From NCBI GenBank assembly GCA_045616645.1, contig JAZLHD010000179.1, positions 5,633 through 69,632 of the forward strand: DNA of 64,000 nucleotides, written 5' to 3'. A program made the translations under genes and the position numbers. The notes below the pieces were generated by a model. That model ran no database searches, was not told the DNA's origin, and saw only the letters and a list, made by a program, of their open reading frames with translations. This DNA comes from Paludibacteraceae bacterium (lineage in GTDB: Bacteria > Bacteroidota > Bacteroidia > Bacteroidales > Paludibacteraceae). The stretch's first letter is position 1, and each line of letters opens with the position of its first letter. Below are positions 18,935-28,459 of the stretch, piece by piece.

Positions 18935-21601
18935 TTAATCGCAGAGGGGAGCGAAGGGGCAGGAAGTGCATTTATTGTAAGTGTCTTCCGTACAAGGGAA
19001 GGGGTTTTCGGGATGGCGTATCTCTTCAATCAGTTTCTTTACATAACCCAGAAACTCGTCTCTGATTTCCTCTACCTTCACAGACTCTTGCCCCTTCTGA
19101 TGTACTGCCGTCTCGGCTCCTTGCGCCAGCGACCGTACCCCATAGATGTGCGGTTCGCCCTGTCCATAAAGGATAGCATAGAGAATCGTCTGCAAAGCGT
19201 ACCCATTGCGCTTGCTGTCCGTCGGGTCAAAGAGCGAAGCTATCGAAGCGAACTCTGTTTCCGACCCGCCCGTCTTGTAATCGACTATTCTGATAGGCAG
19301 AGAGGCGGAAAGGCTGATAGGCTGAGGGGAATCGACTCGGTCGATGGTGCCTTTGAGGGTGACGATAGTGCCATCGTCCAACGTAAGCTCCATTCGACGC
19401 GGCTGCTCAGTTGCGATATATTGGAAAGGTGCTAAAGCAAGGTCGTGTTCGAGAATAAGACGGGCGTATTCCCTCAGTAACGTCGAAAGTAAGTCTTCAC
19501 CCTTCGGCAACGACTGTAACATCTTATTCACATCCTCCTTCGTCACCTCCTTCCCCACAAACGGCTCGTAACAGTTCTGCAAGATAAGATGCAGTTTCGT
19601 ACCTAACTCGCGAGGATCAATCTCCTCCGTCACTTCCTCCGGCTCTTGCAAACCACGGATATATTGCCAATAATATAGTTTCGGACAACGAAGGTACGTG
19701 TTTAAGCCCGAAGGGCTAAATGAGTTGAGAGTGGAGAGTGTAGAGTTTAGAGTAGTTTTATAGTTGAGAGTTGAGAGTGGAGAGGCAGAAAGGCTGATAG
19801 GCTGAGAGGCAGAAAGGCTGAGAGGCTGAGAGGCGGAAAGGTGGATGATGGGGTGCTTAAACTGGTATTGCAACTGATAGAGGTAACGACTGGGTTCACC
19901 CGAGTGCTGCTCATCGGTTCGGGTATTGGAGAGCAACCACACATCCTTGGCATAACTAATCATCCGATAGAAGTTATAAGCAAAAATAGCGTCCTTGCGC
20001 TCCGACGTAGGCAATGCTGCCTTGCAACGGAAAGAGTAGGGAATAAAACTATTAGCAATACTGTTCCCGGGATAGATATCATCATTAAAACTCGTGATAA
20101 TCAAATGCTCAAAGTCCAACGCACGCGTCTCTAATACACCCATAATCTGTAAGCCCTCAAGAGGTTCGCCCCTATATGCTATCGTTTCAGTTTGGAGCAA
20201 AGCCCCTACCAAGCCTCCCCCCGAAGGGGAGGATGTGTTAGGCTGAGAGGCGGAAAGGCTGAGAGGCTGAGAGGCGATGTATTTATCAATCCGATTGAGG
20301 ACCGTTTGGATCTTATAGACGGCTTCGGAGGCATCTTCGGGCAAGTGGTTCAGTATCTCGCGCCAGCGTTGGTCATCCTCGGAGAAGATACAAGACAAAT
20401 ACTCGTCTTTCTCGAAATACGAAACAGGAACATAGATGAGGTTCTGCTTGACCATCGCTTCTTGAATGCTCGCACAAGCCTCGGCACTCAGCCGTTGGAT
20501 ATACGGGTGCGACAAAACCGACTTCACATCCTTGTAATAAAACCCATTCTCCGTTCGACGACGATAAAGGTCCACTATAATCTGAATAAGTGCAAACACC
20601 GGTGTCGCTACCAACGGATAACCTGCCGTGACGTTGATCTTATCTATGTCTTCGGGTAAGGTGTGCAACAAAGGCAGTAACAATCGCTCATCGGGCATCA
20701 CAACTGCCGTCTTGGTCAATGGTAAGGGCCTTTCTAACTCGCTTAAGATACGATGTACCTCCTGCGCCTCGCCTACCGTAGAGGTTAGTTCTACCCAGTG
20801 TATCTCAGGAAAATGAACCTCACTCTGAGGCACTGTAAAACGAGAGTGGAAGAGTTTTTGGTTGTGCTCCATAAACAGAGACGAACGGTTGTCTTTATCC
20901 GTCACCCATGGATGTGAATAATCAAAATAGAAGTCGGCTCTGCCTTGTTCTTGCAAGAGAACCATCAATCGTTCCTCACTCTGCGTTAAGGCATTGAACC
21001 CGATAAAAACAAACTGCTGGTCGGGGTGCTCATCAAGCCAAGCCACTTGTTCCGCTTCCAACGCTGTAATCACCTCGCGATGAAGCATTCCATCGTAAGC
21101 CAGCCCCTCGCGTCGTAACTCGTCTTGCAGACGTTGGTAGATAATATCCAATGGCGGATAAGGAATGAAAGGAGCTTGTCCCTCGGTTTGGAAAGAGGCT
21201 TCTATATCGTGTGCCTCGCGGATATTAAGCAAAAAGCCAATAGGGTTATCTACTAAGTGATTGTCTATCTCATTAAAATCCCCAATCATCATCTTTCCCC
21301 AGAAAAGGAAAGTATCTAAATCTTCCTCCGTCAGTCCTTGTTCTCGTCTTATCTCGTTATGGATGCGGTAAACGCGCAAAAGTAAGTCTATCGGGTCTGC
21401 TAATTGGGTATTGGTGAACTGATAGAAACAGTCATTGATAGTCAGAATCGTTGGTGAAAGAGTCGGTTTGCCGCACGCTATTCCGAGGTCTCTGCGAAAG
21501 AAAAGACCTGCCCGCTGGTTGGGGAAAACAAACGTGTAAGAGGATAACTTATCTCCTACGTTTTGGGCGAAGAGCCTTGCCAAGTTTTGTAAATAACTCA
21601 T
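18935..21601 (-). CDS. PD-(D/E)XK nuclease family protein (AddB/RecB-like nuclease with a C-terminal Cys cluster)
   Basis: C-terminal GTIDRVD...RIVDYKTGG...QTILYAILYG nuclease motifs and CTEDTYNKCTSCPFAPLC. The start is set at MSYLQNLARLF (ATG 21599-21601). The track start at 21643 extends further into the antiporter gene. Confidence 0.75.
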   Translation of the reverse strand: MSYLQNLARLFAQNVGDKLSSYTFVFPNQRAGLFFRRDLGIACGKPTLSPTILTINDCFYQFTNTQLADPIDLLLRVYRIHNEIRREQGLTEEDLDTFLFWGKMMIGDFNEIDNHLVDNPIGFLLNIREAHDIEASFQTEGQAPFIPYPPLDIIYQRLQDELRREGLAYDGMLHREVITALEAEQVAWLDEHPDQQFVFIGFNALTQSEERLMVLLQEQGRADFYFDYSHPWVTDKDNRSSLFMEHNQKLFHSRFTVPQSEVHFPEIHWVELTSTVGEAQEVHRILSELERPLPLTKTAVVMPDERLLLPLLHTLPEDIDKINVTAGYPLVATPVFALIQIIVDLYRRRTENGFYYKDVKSVLSHPYIQRLSAEACASIQEAMVKQNLIYVPVSYFEKDEYLSCIFSEDDQRWREILNHLPEDASEAVYKIQTVLNRIDKYIASQPLSLSASQPNTSSPSGGGLVGALLQTETIAYRGEPLEGLQIMGVLETRALDFEHLIITSFNDDIYPGNSIANSFIPYSFRCKAALPTSERKDAIFAYNFYRMISYAKDVWLLSNTRTDEQHSGEPSRYLYQLQYQFKHPIIHLSASQPLSLSASQPISLSASPLSTLNYKTTLNSTLSTLNSFSPSGLNTYLRCPKLYYWQYIRGLQEPEEVTEEIDPRELGTKLHLILQNCYEPFVGKEVTKEDVNKMLQSLPKGEDLLSTLLREYARLILEHDLALAPFQYIATEQPRRMELTLDDGTIVTLKGTIDRVDSPQPISLSASLPIRIVDYKTGGSETEFASIASLFDPTDSKRNGYALQTILYAILYGQGEPHIYGVRSLAQGAETAVHQKGQESVKVEEIRDEFLGYVKKLIEEIRHPENPFPCTEDTYNKCTSCPFAPLCD
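19296..19327. repeat. octamer cassette GGCNGANA x4 inside the nuclease core of the AddB-like gene
   Basis: ggcagaga ggcggaaa ggctgata ggctgagg. It encodes QPISLSASLP between IDRVD and RIVDYK. Confidence 0.9.
19725..19847. repeat. composite array: heptamer family (TTGAGAG/TTTAGAG, 19725-19784) abutting octamer family (GGCTGAGA x8, 19784-19847)
   Basis: Units were read off base by base. It encodes SASQPLSLSASQPISLSASPLSTLNYKTTLNSTLSTLNS in frame. Confidence 0.9.
20200..20272. repeat. 38-nt palindromic element (20200-20237) followed by octamer cassette GGCTGAGA x4 (20241-20272), in frame in the AddB-like gene
   Basis: The reverse complement of 20200-20237 is cacatcctccccttcggggggaggcttggtaggggctt. 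It matches 32490-32527 at 36/38 positions. Confidence 0.9.
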
Positions 21602-23432
21602 ATATTGTCTGCTTAACGGTCGTAACCACGCGCCATGTACCACTGGCTTGCGGAATATCCATCAATAACCGGTCGGGTATATCGCCTCCGATAATCTGCT
21701 CGGGATAGATGAGCATCGTACTATGGCTTGCCGCTTGTTGGGTCAGGATATCGGGAATACGCGTGAACAACGGGTTATAACTCGGTGTCGATTTGCGGGA
21801 AGAGATAAGCACTAACATATCATTATCCTCCAAGTCCTGAATCGTCTTACGCGTGTCCTGCCACTCGTTGATGGTGCGATAAGAGGCAGCCAAGTATTTG
21901 CCCGGACGGTTACAGAGGGCACGTAAGATCATTTGCGTTTGCTCGGTGGCGTAGAACACCACTTTGGCACCAATCTGACTACTCAAACGGCGCAACTGAC
22001 CGAAACAGGAGATGAAGTCGTGCTCTTTCTCGGCGTAAGGTGGAACGGCAATAAGCATTCTGTCAATCGTGTTGAGTGGCTGATTCTCATGGTAGATAGC
22101 AATCGATTTAGAGGTGTGTTCCACCATCGTTTCCACTTCTTTCCAGTCTGCACACTCCACTATCTCGGTTTCGTGCAAGGAGGAAAGGTTACTCAGTTCC
22201 TTGAGTTCTTGATGCAAGTCCTCGCCTACCGATCCCATCAACCAGTCGTCTAAGACACGTTCGCTCTCTAATCGGGCATCCTCTTGTAAGGACAACCGCT
22301 TAGCCGCATATTCGGTGGCGAAAGAAGCCGTTGTACAAAGTACAAGAATCATCAAAATAACGCCATTTAATATCGCGTCGTCAAACAGTCCCATCTGATA
22401 GACAATCGTTACAATAGCTAATGTGCCGGCAGCGGTGGCGTGACTAAGACCGAAGATAAGTTGACGCTCGTTTGCCTGTAAATGGAATAATCCCTGTACA
22501 CAGGCGGCAGCGAGCCATTTGCCTACTAACTTAGTGACAATCATCACGGTAGCTATTATCGCTAACCAGCCCCACGAACCTACGGCTTGCAGGTTGAGCA
22601 TCAGTCCCACTTCAATCAGGAACACGGGCACAAACATACTATTGCCCACGAACGTGATGTGATTCATCAGTTGTGAGAGGTTGGGTATCAACCTATTCAG
22701 CGCTACCCCGCAAAGGAATGCACCGAGTACACCACTCAGTCTTGCCCAAGTGCATAATAAGGCGGATAGAACCATTAAGGCAATCACTAAAATAAAGTTC
22801 GTCGTTGTCTCCCAACGGAACTTAAAACACGTTCGAACAAGCCAAGGGAATCCGCCTAAGATAATAGCAATCACGCCCACTACTTTGCCTGCCCAAATAA
22901 GAAGTGAGATAGGTTCCATCGCTCCCGTCTGCATCTTTGCTTGCACACCGGCTAACACCAATAACGAGAGCGTGAGTGCAATCATCGTTCCCCCTACCGT
23001 GATGTTCGAGGCGGCACTTTTCTGCAAACCGTAACGCCGAACGATAGGGTAGGTCATCAATGTGTGGCTACCAAACATCGCACCCAACAAAAGTCCTACA
23101 ACAGGACTCAATCCCAATAACCTTGAGGATAGATATCCCAATCCCAATGGGAAAAAGAACGTGAGCAAACCAAACACAATCGCTTTGCCGCGTTGTTGAC
23201 TGAAATCGTTAATGTCAATCTCTACCCCTGCTTGGAACATGATATAGAGCATACCCAATTGTCCAAACACTTGGATAGCCGGTGTGTCCGCTAAGATATT
23301 CAAACCGCACGGACCCAATCCCACTCCCACTAAGATAAATCCGATAATAGCGGGAATATGAATCTTGTGACAAATCAGAGGGACGATAAAAATCAGCCCC
23401 AACACAATCATAAGTGGAATCAGTGTTTGCAT
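21549..23432 (-). CDS. cation:proton antiporter (CPA family Na+/H+ exchanger) with a C-terminal soluble domain
   Basis: About 12 predicted TM segments with GQLGMLYIMFQAGVEID, typical of Na_H_exchanger proteins. 13-nt overlap with the murG stop. Confidence 0.8.
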   Translation of the reverse strand: MQTLIPLMIVLGLIFIVPLICHKIHIPAIIGFILVGVGLGPCGLNILADTPAIQVFGQLGMLYIMFQAGVEIDINDFSQQRGKAIVFGLLTFFFPLGLGYLSSRLLGLSPVVGLLLGAMFGSHTLMTYPIVRRYGLQKSAASNITVGGTMIALTLSLLVLAGVQAKMQTGAMEPISLLIWAGKVVGVIAIILGGFPWLVRTCFKFRWETTTNFILVIALMVLSALLCTWARLSGVLGAFLCGVALNRLIPNLSQLMNHITFVGNSMFVPVFLIEVGLMLNLQAVGSWGWLAIIATVMIVTKLVGKWLAAACVQGLFHLQANERQLIFGLSHATAAGTLAIVTIVYQMGLFDDAILNGVILMILVLCTTASFATEYAAKRLSLQEDARLESERVLDDWLMGSVGEDLHQELKELSNLSSLHETEIVECADWKEVETMVEHTSKSIAIYHENQPLNTIDRMLIAVPPYAEKEHDFISCFGQLRRLSSQIGAKVVFYATEQTQMILRALCNRPGKYLAASYRTINEWQDTRKTIQDLEDNDMLVLISSRKSTPSYNPLFTRIPDILTQQAASHSTMLIYPEQIIGGDIPDRLLMDIPQASGTWRVVTTVKQTIYELFTKLGKALRPKRRR

Positions 23433-24535
23433 AATTGGATAACTTCTTGCGCTATTCGAGTGGCGGAATTAGTTTGTGCTAACGTTAGTACATTGGTGTG
23501 TAGGTCTTGCAGTCGTTCGTTGTTGGCTAATAACTCTACGGCCGTCGGAACCAGTTGCTCGTGAGCGTCTATATCCTTCACTAAGACGGCGGCATTCTTG
23601 TGAACCAGTGCCATGGCGTTGTGTGTCTGATGGTCTTCAGCTACGTTGGGTGAGGGCACAAGAACGGACGGTTTGCCCAATAGGCAGAGTTCGGATATCG
23701 AACTCGCTCCTGCACGAGAGATAACCAAATCGGCTAACGCATAAACGTCCGGCATATTACTGATAAACGGTGTAACGATAAGACGCGGGTTGTTCCATAG
23801 CCCTTGTTGCGTTAACTGTTCGCGGAGCTTGTCAAAGTAAATCTTTCCCGTCTGCCAAATAACTTGTATATCCTTGTCTAATAACAGATGGATGTCCTTT
23901 AGCAGACTCTCATTGATGGTTCTTGCCCCTAATGATCCACCGATGATAAGCAACGTCTTATGCTTCTCGTCAAACGTTCTGTCAAACTCCTGTTGCAGAT
24001 ACTGGAGCGCACCCGCTTTTGTGCCTTGTGTGAGGTTCTGACGCACAGGGTTGCCCGTTAAGATAATCTTCTCTTTGGGGAAGAAACGTTCCATGTTCTC
24101 GTAAGCGACGCAGATCTTAGCAGCATCGTCTTTGAGCATTTTATTCGTCAGTCCCGCAAAGCCATTCTGTTCTTGTAATAGGATGGGAATACCCATCTTA
24201 GCCGCTACGCGCATAGCTGCACCGCTGGCGTAACCGCCTACACCCACACCTACATTGGGACGGAAATCTTGTATCACTTTTTTGGCCTTAACAAGCGAAC
24301 GGATTAAGTTCACCATCACGCTTACGTTTTTCCATGGTTGGCTGCGGTTAAACCCTTGTATAGGCAAACCAATGATGTCATAACCCGCTTGGGGTACACG
24401 TTCCATCTCCATTCTTCCAAGAGCACCGATAAACAGAATCTCGGCTTGAGGGTCTAACTCTTTGATGGCATTGGCAATACTAATGGCAGGGAAGATGTGA
24501 CCGCCGGTGCCGCCACCGCTAATAAGGTATCTCAT
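23420..24535 (-). CDS. murG: UDP-N-acetylglucosamine--N-acetylmuramyl-(pentapeptide) pyrophosphoryl-undecaprenol GlcNAc transferase
   Basis: ISGGGTGGHIFPAISIA motif. The start is set at MRYLISGGG (ATG 24533-24535), one nt after the ftsW stop. Confidence 0.93.
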   Translation of the reverse strand: MRYLISGGGTGGHIFPAISIANAIKELDPQAEILFIGALGRMEMERVPQAGYDIIGLPIQGFNRSQPWKNVSVMVNLIRSLVKAKKVIQDFRPNVGVGVGGYASGAAMRVAAKMGIPILLQEQNGFAGLTNKMLKDDAAKICVAYENMERFFPKEKIILTGNPVRQNLTQGTKAGALQYLQQEFDRTFDEKHKTLLIIGGSLGARTINESLLKDIHLLLDKDIQVIWQTGKIYFDKLREQLTQQGLWNNPRLIVTPFISNMPDVYALADLVISRAGASSISELCLLGKPSVLVPSPNVAEDHQTHNAMALVHKNAAVLVKDIDAHEQLVPTAVELLANNERLQDLHTNVLTLAQTNSATRIAQEVIQLCKH

Positions 24536-24536
24536 G

Positions 24537-25799
24537 TTAATAAGGTAAATTAGGGTCATCGAAGACGATATCGGGGATATCTTCTTTCGATTGTCGTATC
24601 ATATCGTTTTGTTGTTCACTCATTCGTTTCTGCTCTCGACTCACACATAACATCACTCCAAAATATATGCTGGTAATGAGCACGCTTGTTCCTCCCCGCG
24701 AGACCAGCGGAAGAGGTTGTCCTGTCACCGGACCAATACCCACCGCCACCATCATGGATATCAGTGCCTGACACGTAATCATCAGTGCTAATCCCATCAC
24801 CATCAACATCGACGCATAGTCGGCAAACCGACTGCTTGTCCAACAGGCGCGGAAGAGGATAGCCAGATAGAGGGAAATAAGTAAGATAGCTCCCACAATC
24901 CCCGTCTCTTCCACAATAATAGCAAAGATATAATCGGCAAACGCAAGGGGTAAGAAATCGCGCTCTTTACTATTGCCGGGTAACACTCCAAAAGGCGATA
25001 TACCTCCACGAGCAATGGCTACTTTAGCTATTGAACGTTGGTAATTATCATCGGTTAACTTAAACTGTTCTTCCTCTTCGTGATGCTCTTGGAACATGTC
25101 ATCAATGCGCCCTACCCACGTCACAGCACGCGACATAAGTCCCGTCATTTGTTTATGTGGCCTCACGTAAGCAAACTCCACAAAACAATAACCTAATGCC
25201 AAGATCACTACCGCACAACCTACGATGGCACCAATATATTTCCATGGCACGCGTGCCAATATCCAGAGTAGTCCCACGATGCCTGATAATAGGACCGCTG
25301 TTGAGAGGTTATTGGTCAAAATAGGTAACACGGTGATGGCCGTGATACCTAATGTCCACCAGAAATATTTGATTTTATCCACTTCTGTCGTGGCACGCGA
25401 TAACAAATCCGCTACCACAATAATCAGCGATAACTTCGCTAATTCCGAGGGTTGGAACACAAACCCAAACAGATTAAACCACCGAGCCGCTTCATTGATA
25501 GTAACCACAAACGGATTGCCGGGAATGAGCATAACATACATACACAGAATAGAAAAACCGAGCAACGCGTATCCCCCCATTCGTATCACTATCGTGGGTA
25601 GGAACTGAATGAAATAGGCAGCCACCAACCCAATGGTGATGAAGAGTATCTGCTGACCGATGGGACCAAAAGCGGATTTTTCCTCATATACAAGGGTACT
25701 ACTCGCCGAGAAAAGCGCTAAGATAGCCACCACAATCAGGGCTATAAACAACCCCCAAAAGGTCTTATCTACGTATTGTGTGTTAATGAGTTTTTTCAT
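24537..25799 (-). CDS. ftsW: FtsW/RodA/SpoVE family cell-division glycosyltransferase
   Basis: Polytopic membrane protein in the canonical position between murD and murG, with a LPLVSRGGTS motif. Confidence 0.9.
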   Translation of the reverse strand: MKKLINTQYVDKTFWGLFIALIVVAILALFSASSTLVYEEKSAFGPIGQQILFITIGLVAAYFIQFLPTIVIRMGGYALLGFSILCMYVMLIPGNPFVVTINEAARWFNLFGFVFQPSELAKLSLIIVVADLLSRATTEVDKIKYFWWTLGITAITVLPILTNNLSTAVLLSGIVGLLWILARVPWKYIGAIVGCAVVILALGYCFVEFAYVRPHKQMTGLMSRAVTWVGRIDDMFQEHHEEEEQFKLTDDNYQRSIAKVAIARGGISPFGVLPGNSKERDFLPLAFADYIFAIIVEETGIVGAILLISLYLAILFRACWTSSRFADYASMLMVMGLALMITCQALISMMVAVGIGPVTGQPLPLVSRGGTSVLITSIYFGVMLCVSREQKRMSEQQNDMIRQSKEDIPDIVFDDPNLPY

Positions 25800-27136
25800 A
25801 GTTTTTTGACTGCGTTCATAAATTGGTCACCTCTATCCTCGTAGGAATGGAACAAATCAAAACTGGCACAACAAGGCGACAGCAACACCGTATCTCCCTC
25901 GTGAGCAGCGTTATAAGCGGCTTGTACCGCATCGTTGAGGTTGTCGGTTGATACGTATGGAATCCCAAAACCGGAGAAGAAGTCAATCAGTTTCTCGTTA
26001 TGTAATCCCATAAAAATAAGGGTGTGACATTTCTGCTTAACCAAATCGGCAATGGCTTGATAATCATTGCCTTTATCTTTGCCACCGAGGATAAGTACGG
26101 TCGGTGTAGTCATTGCCTCAAGAGCGTACCAACAAGAATCCACGTTCGTGGCTTTTGAGTCATTGATCCATTTCACGCCTCGAATAGTTGCCACATATTG
26201 CATTCGGTGACTCACTCCTTGGAACTGCTCTAACGATTCGCGAATGACTTTGTTTTGTATATGTAAGATCTGGGCTGCAATAGAGGCTGCCATCGAGTTC
26301 AACTGATTATGTTTGCCTTGGATACCTATCTGAGAGGTAGGAATAACCAACGGATCATAACTCGGGTCAGCTTGTACCACGAGGTCGTTAGCGCGTATAT
26401 AGGCGGCATTGCCTGAGTCCTCACTGCCACCGAAGGGATAGAGGGTCGCACCAATATGCAGTTTCTTCAGCTCGCGTTCAATGACCGGATCCTGTGACCA
26501 ATAGATGAAAGCATCATCTGCTGTTTGGTTTTGCGTGATACGGAACTTCGCATTCACGTAGTTCTGGAACTCGAAGTTATACCGATCCAGATGGTCCGGT
26601 GTGATATTCATTAAGATGGCGATGTTCGCGCGGAAATCGTACATGTTATCCAGTTGGAACGAACTCAACTCAATCACGTAATAATCGTAGTTCTCGTGTG
26701 CCACTTGCAGTGCTAACGAGTTGCCTATGTTTCCCGCCAATCCAACATTCAAACCTGCGTGACGAAGAATCTCGTAGATAAGTGTGGTAGTCGTCGTCTT
26801 GCCGTTACTACCTGTGATGCAGATCATCTTTGCATTCGTGTAACGTGCTGCAAACTCAATCTCAGAGATGATAGGCGTACCTTGTTGTTGTAACTCCACA
26901 ATCAACGGAGCCGTCAAAGGAATACCCGGGCTCTTGACTACCTCGTCGGCATTGAGGATGCGTTCTGCTGTGTGTTGACCATCCTCCCAAGCAATACCAT
27001 TCTGGTCAAGCAATGCCCGATAGGGTCCTTGGATGGTGCCCATATCGCTAACGAACACATCGTACCCTTTCTCTTTGGCTAAGATAGCGGCACCCGTGCC
27101 ACTCTCCCCCGCTCCTAAAACTACGAGTCTTTTCAT
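25796..27136 (-). CDS. murD: UDP-N-acetylmuramoylalanine--D-glutamate ligase
   Basis: GAGESGTGAA N-terminus and ITGSNGKTTTT P-loop, in the dcw cluster. Confidence 0.95.
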   Translation of the reverse strand: MKRLVVLGAGESGTGAAILAKEKGYDVFVSDMGTIQGPYRALLDQNGIAWEDGQHTAERILNADEVVKSPGIPLTAPLIVELQQQGTPIISEIEFAARYTNAKMICITGSNGKTTTTTLIYEILRHAGLNVGLAGNIGNSLALQVAHENYDYYVIELSSFQLDNMYDFRANIAILMNITPDHLDRYNFEFQNYVNAKFRITQNQTADDAFIYWSQDPVIERELKKLHIGATLYPFGGSEDSGNAAYIRANDLVVQADPSYDPLVIPTSQIGIQGKHNQLNSMAASIAAQILHIQNKVIRESLEQFQGVSHRMQYVATIRGVKWINDSKATNVDSCWYALEAMTTPTVLILGGKDKGNDYQAIADLVKQKCHTLIFMGLHNEKLIDFFSGFGIPYVSTDNLNDAVQAAYNAAHEGDTVLLSPCCASFDLFHSYEDRGDQFMNAVKKL

Positions 27137-27140
27137 AAAC

Positions 27141-28412
27141 CTATCTAATCTTCAAAGTCAAAATCGTTATTGCTGCTAAGATGAGTGTCACGATGCAGAA
27201 CCGCAATACAATCTTTGTTTCGTGGTCAAGGTTCTTACGTCCGGTGAATAAGATCTTACACGTAGGATCGTTTTTCAGCACCAAATCTACCGAGGTGCGG
27301 AAATGGTCATGTAAGGGGGTGCGTTTCCAGACGCGTATATGTTGCCCCTTGCGCTTACCAAACTTATACACTTGCGTTTGAATAATCACACTCAAACTCT
27401 CCATCAAGAACACTCCACAGAGGATGGGCAGTAGCAGCTCCTTGTGAATGATAACTGCACTCACGCCGATGATACCACCAATGGCTAACGAACCGGTATC
27501 GCCCATGAAGATCTGTGCAGGGAAACCATTCCACCAGATAAAGCCTATCAACGCTCCTACAAATGCGGCAAGGAAAACAACCAACTCCTCACTGCCCGGG
27601 ATATACATCACATCGAAATAGTCTGCCCACACGGTACTACCACTCACGTAGGCAAGCACAATCAGTGCAGCCCCTATAATCGCTGAGTTACCGGCGCACA
27701 TCCCATCAAGACCATCATTAAGGTTTGCCCCATTGCTGACCGCTGCCACCACAAGGATAGTCAGTATCACGAAGAAGATCCACCCTGCACGATACTTATT
27801 CTCTTCGCCAAGGAAGGAGAAGATATCGGCGTAGTTACAGTTATGGTTCTTAAAGAACGGAATCGTAGTGCGCGTGGACTTGACATCGGGAGTCTTCTCC
27901 ACAATCTCAATGTTATTCTCTACGCGTGAGGTCACTGTCTCGTTCATCACTGCCATTGGACTATAACGCAGCGTCAAACCTACAATGAGACCTAACAGCA
28001 CTTGTCCACCAATCTTCACCCAACCATTGATCCCTTCCTTGTTGTGTTTGAAGGTTTTGATATAGTCGTCCGCAAAACCGATTCCGCCAAGTAGTACGGC
28101 GGTAACAAGCATGAGGAGCATATAGACATTATTCAGTCGCCCGAGCAGCAGACAAGGAATGATGATACTCACTAAAATTACAATACCGCCCATCGTGGGA
28201 ACGCCTTTCTTACCCACATTGAAGGGGTCAATCTTCTCGTCTCGTTGGGTCTCGGAGATGTTCTTGCGATGCAGCAAGTTAATGAAGTAATCTCCAAAGA
28301 AGATACTGATGAATAATGCAATCACGGCGGCAATAATCGCCCTAAAGGAGATATAGGTCATCAACCTTGCTCCCGGCACCTGTGACAAATACGTAAATAA
28401 TTGGTATAACAT
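27141..28412 (-). CDS. mraY: phospho-N-acetylmuramoyl-pentapeptide transferase
   Basis: KKGVPTMGGI, NLNDGLDGM and FMGDTGSLAIGG motifs. Confidence 0.95.
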   Translation of the reverse strand: MLYQLFTYLSQVPGARLMTYISFRAIIAAVIALFISIFFGDYFINLLHRKNISETQRDEKIDPFNVGKKGVPTMGGIVILVSIIIPCLLLGRLNNVYMLLMLVTAVLLGGIGFADDYIKTFKHNKEGINGWVKIGGQVLLGLIVGLTLRYSPMAVMNETVTSRVENNIEIVEKTPDVKSTRTTIPFFKNHNCNYADIFSFLGEENKYRAGWIFFVILTILVVAAVSNGANLNDGLDGMCAGNSAIIGAALIVLAYVSGSTVWADYFDVMYIPGSEELVVFLAAFVGALIGFIWWNGFPAQIFMGDTGSLAIGGIIGVSAVIIHKELLLPILCGVFLMESLSVIIQTQVYKFGKRKGQHIRVWKRTPLHDHFRTSVDLVLKNDPTCKILFTGRKNLDHETKIVLRFCIVTLILAAITILTLKIR

Positions 28413-28417
28413 TTTTT

Positions 28418-28445
28418 AAGTTGAAAGTTGAAAGTTGAAAGTTGA
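28418..28445. repeat. heptamer tandem repeat AAGTTGA x4 filling the mraY-murE intergenic gap
   Basis: aagttga x4, perfect. The same unit (agttgaaagtt) also ends the dapA cassette at 290-299. Confidence 0.9.
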
Positions 28446-28459
28446 AAGAAGTTGTATAG

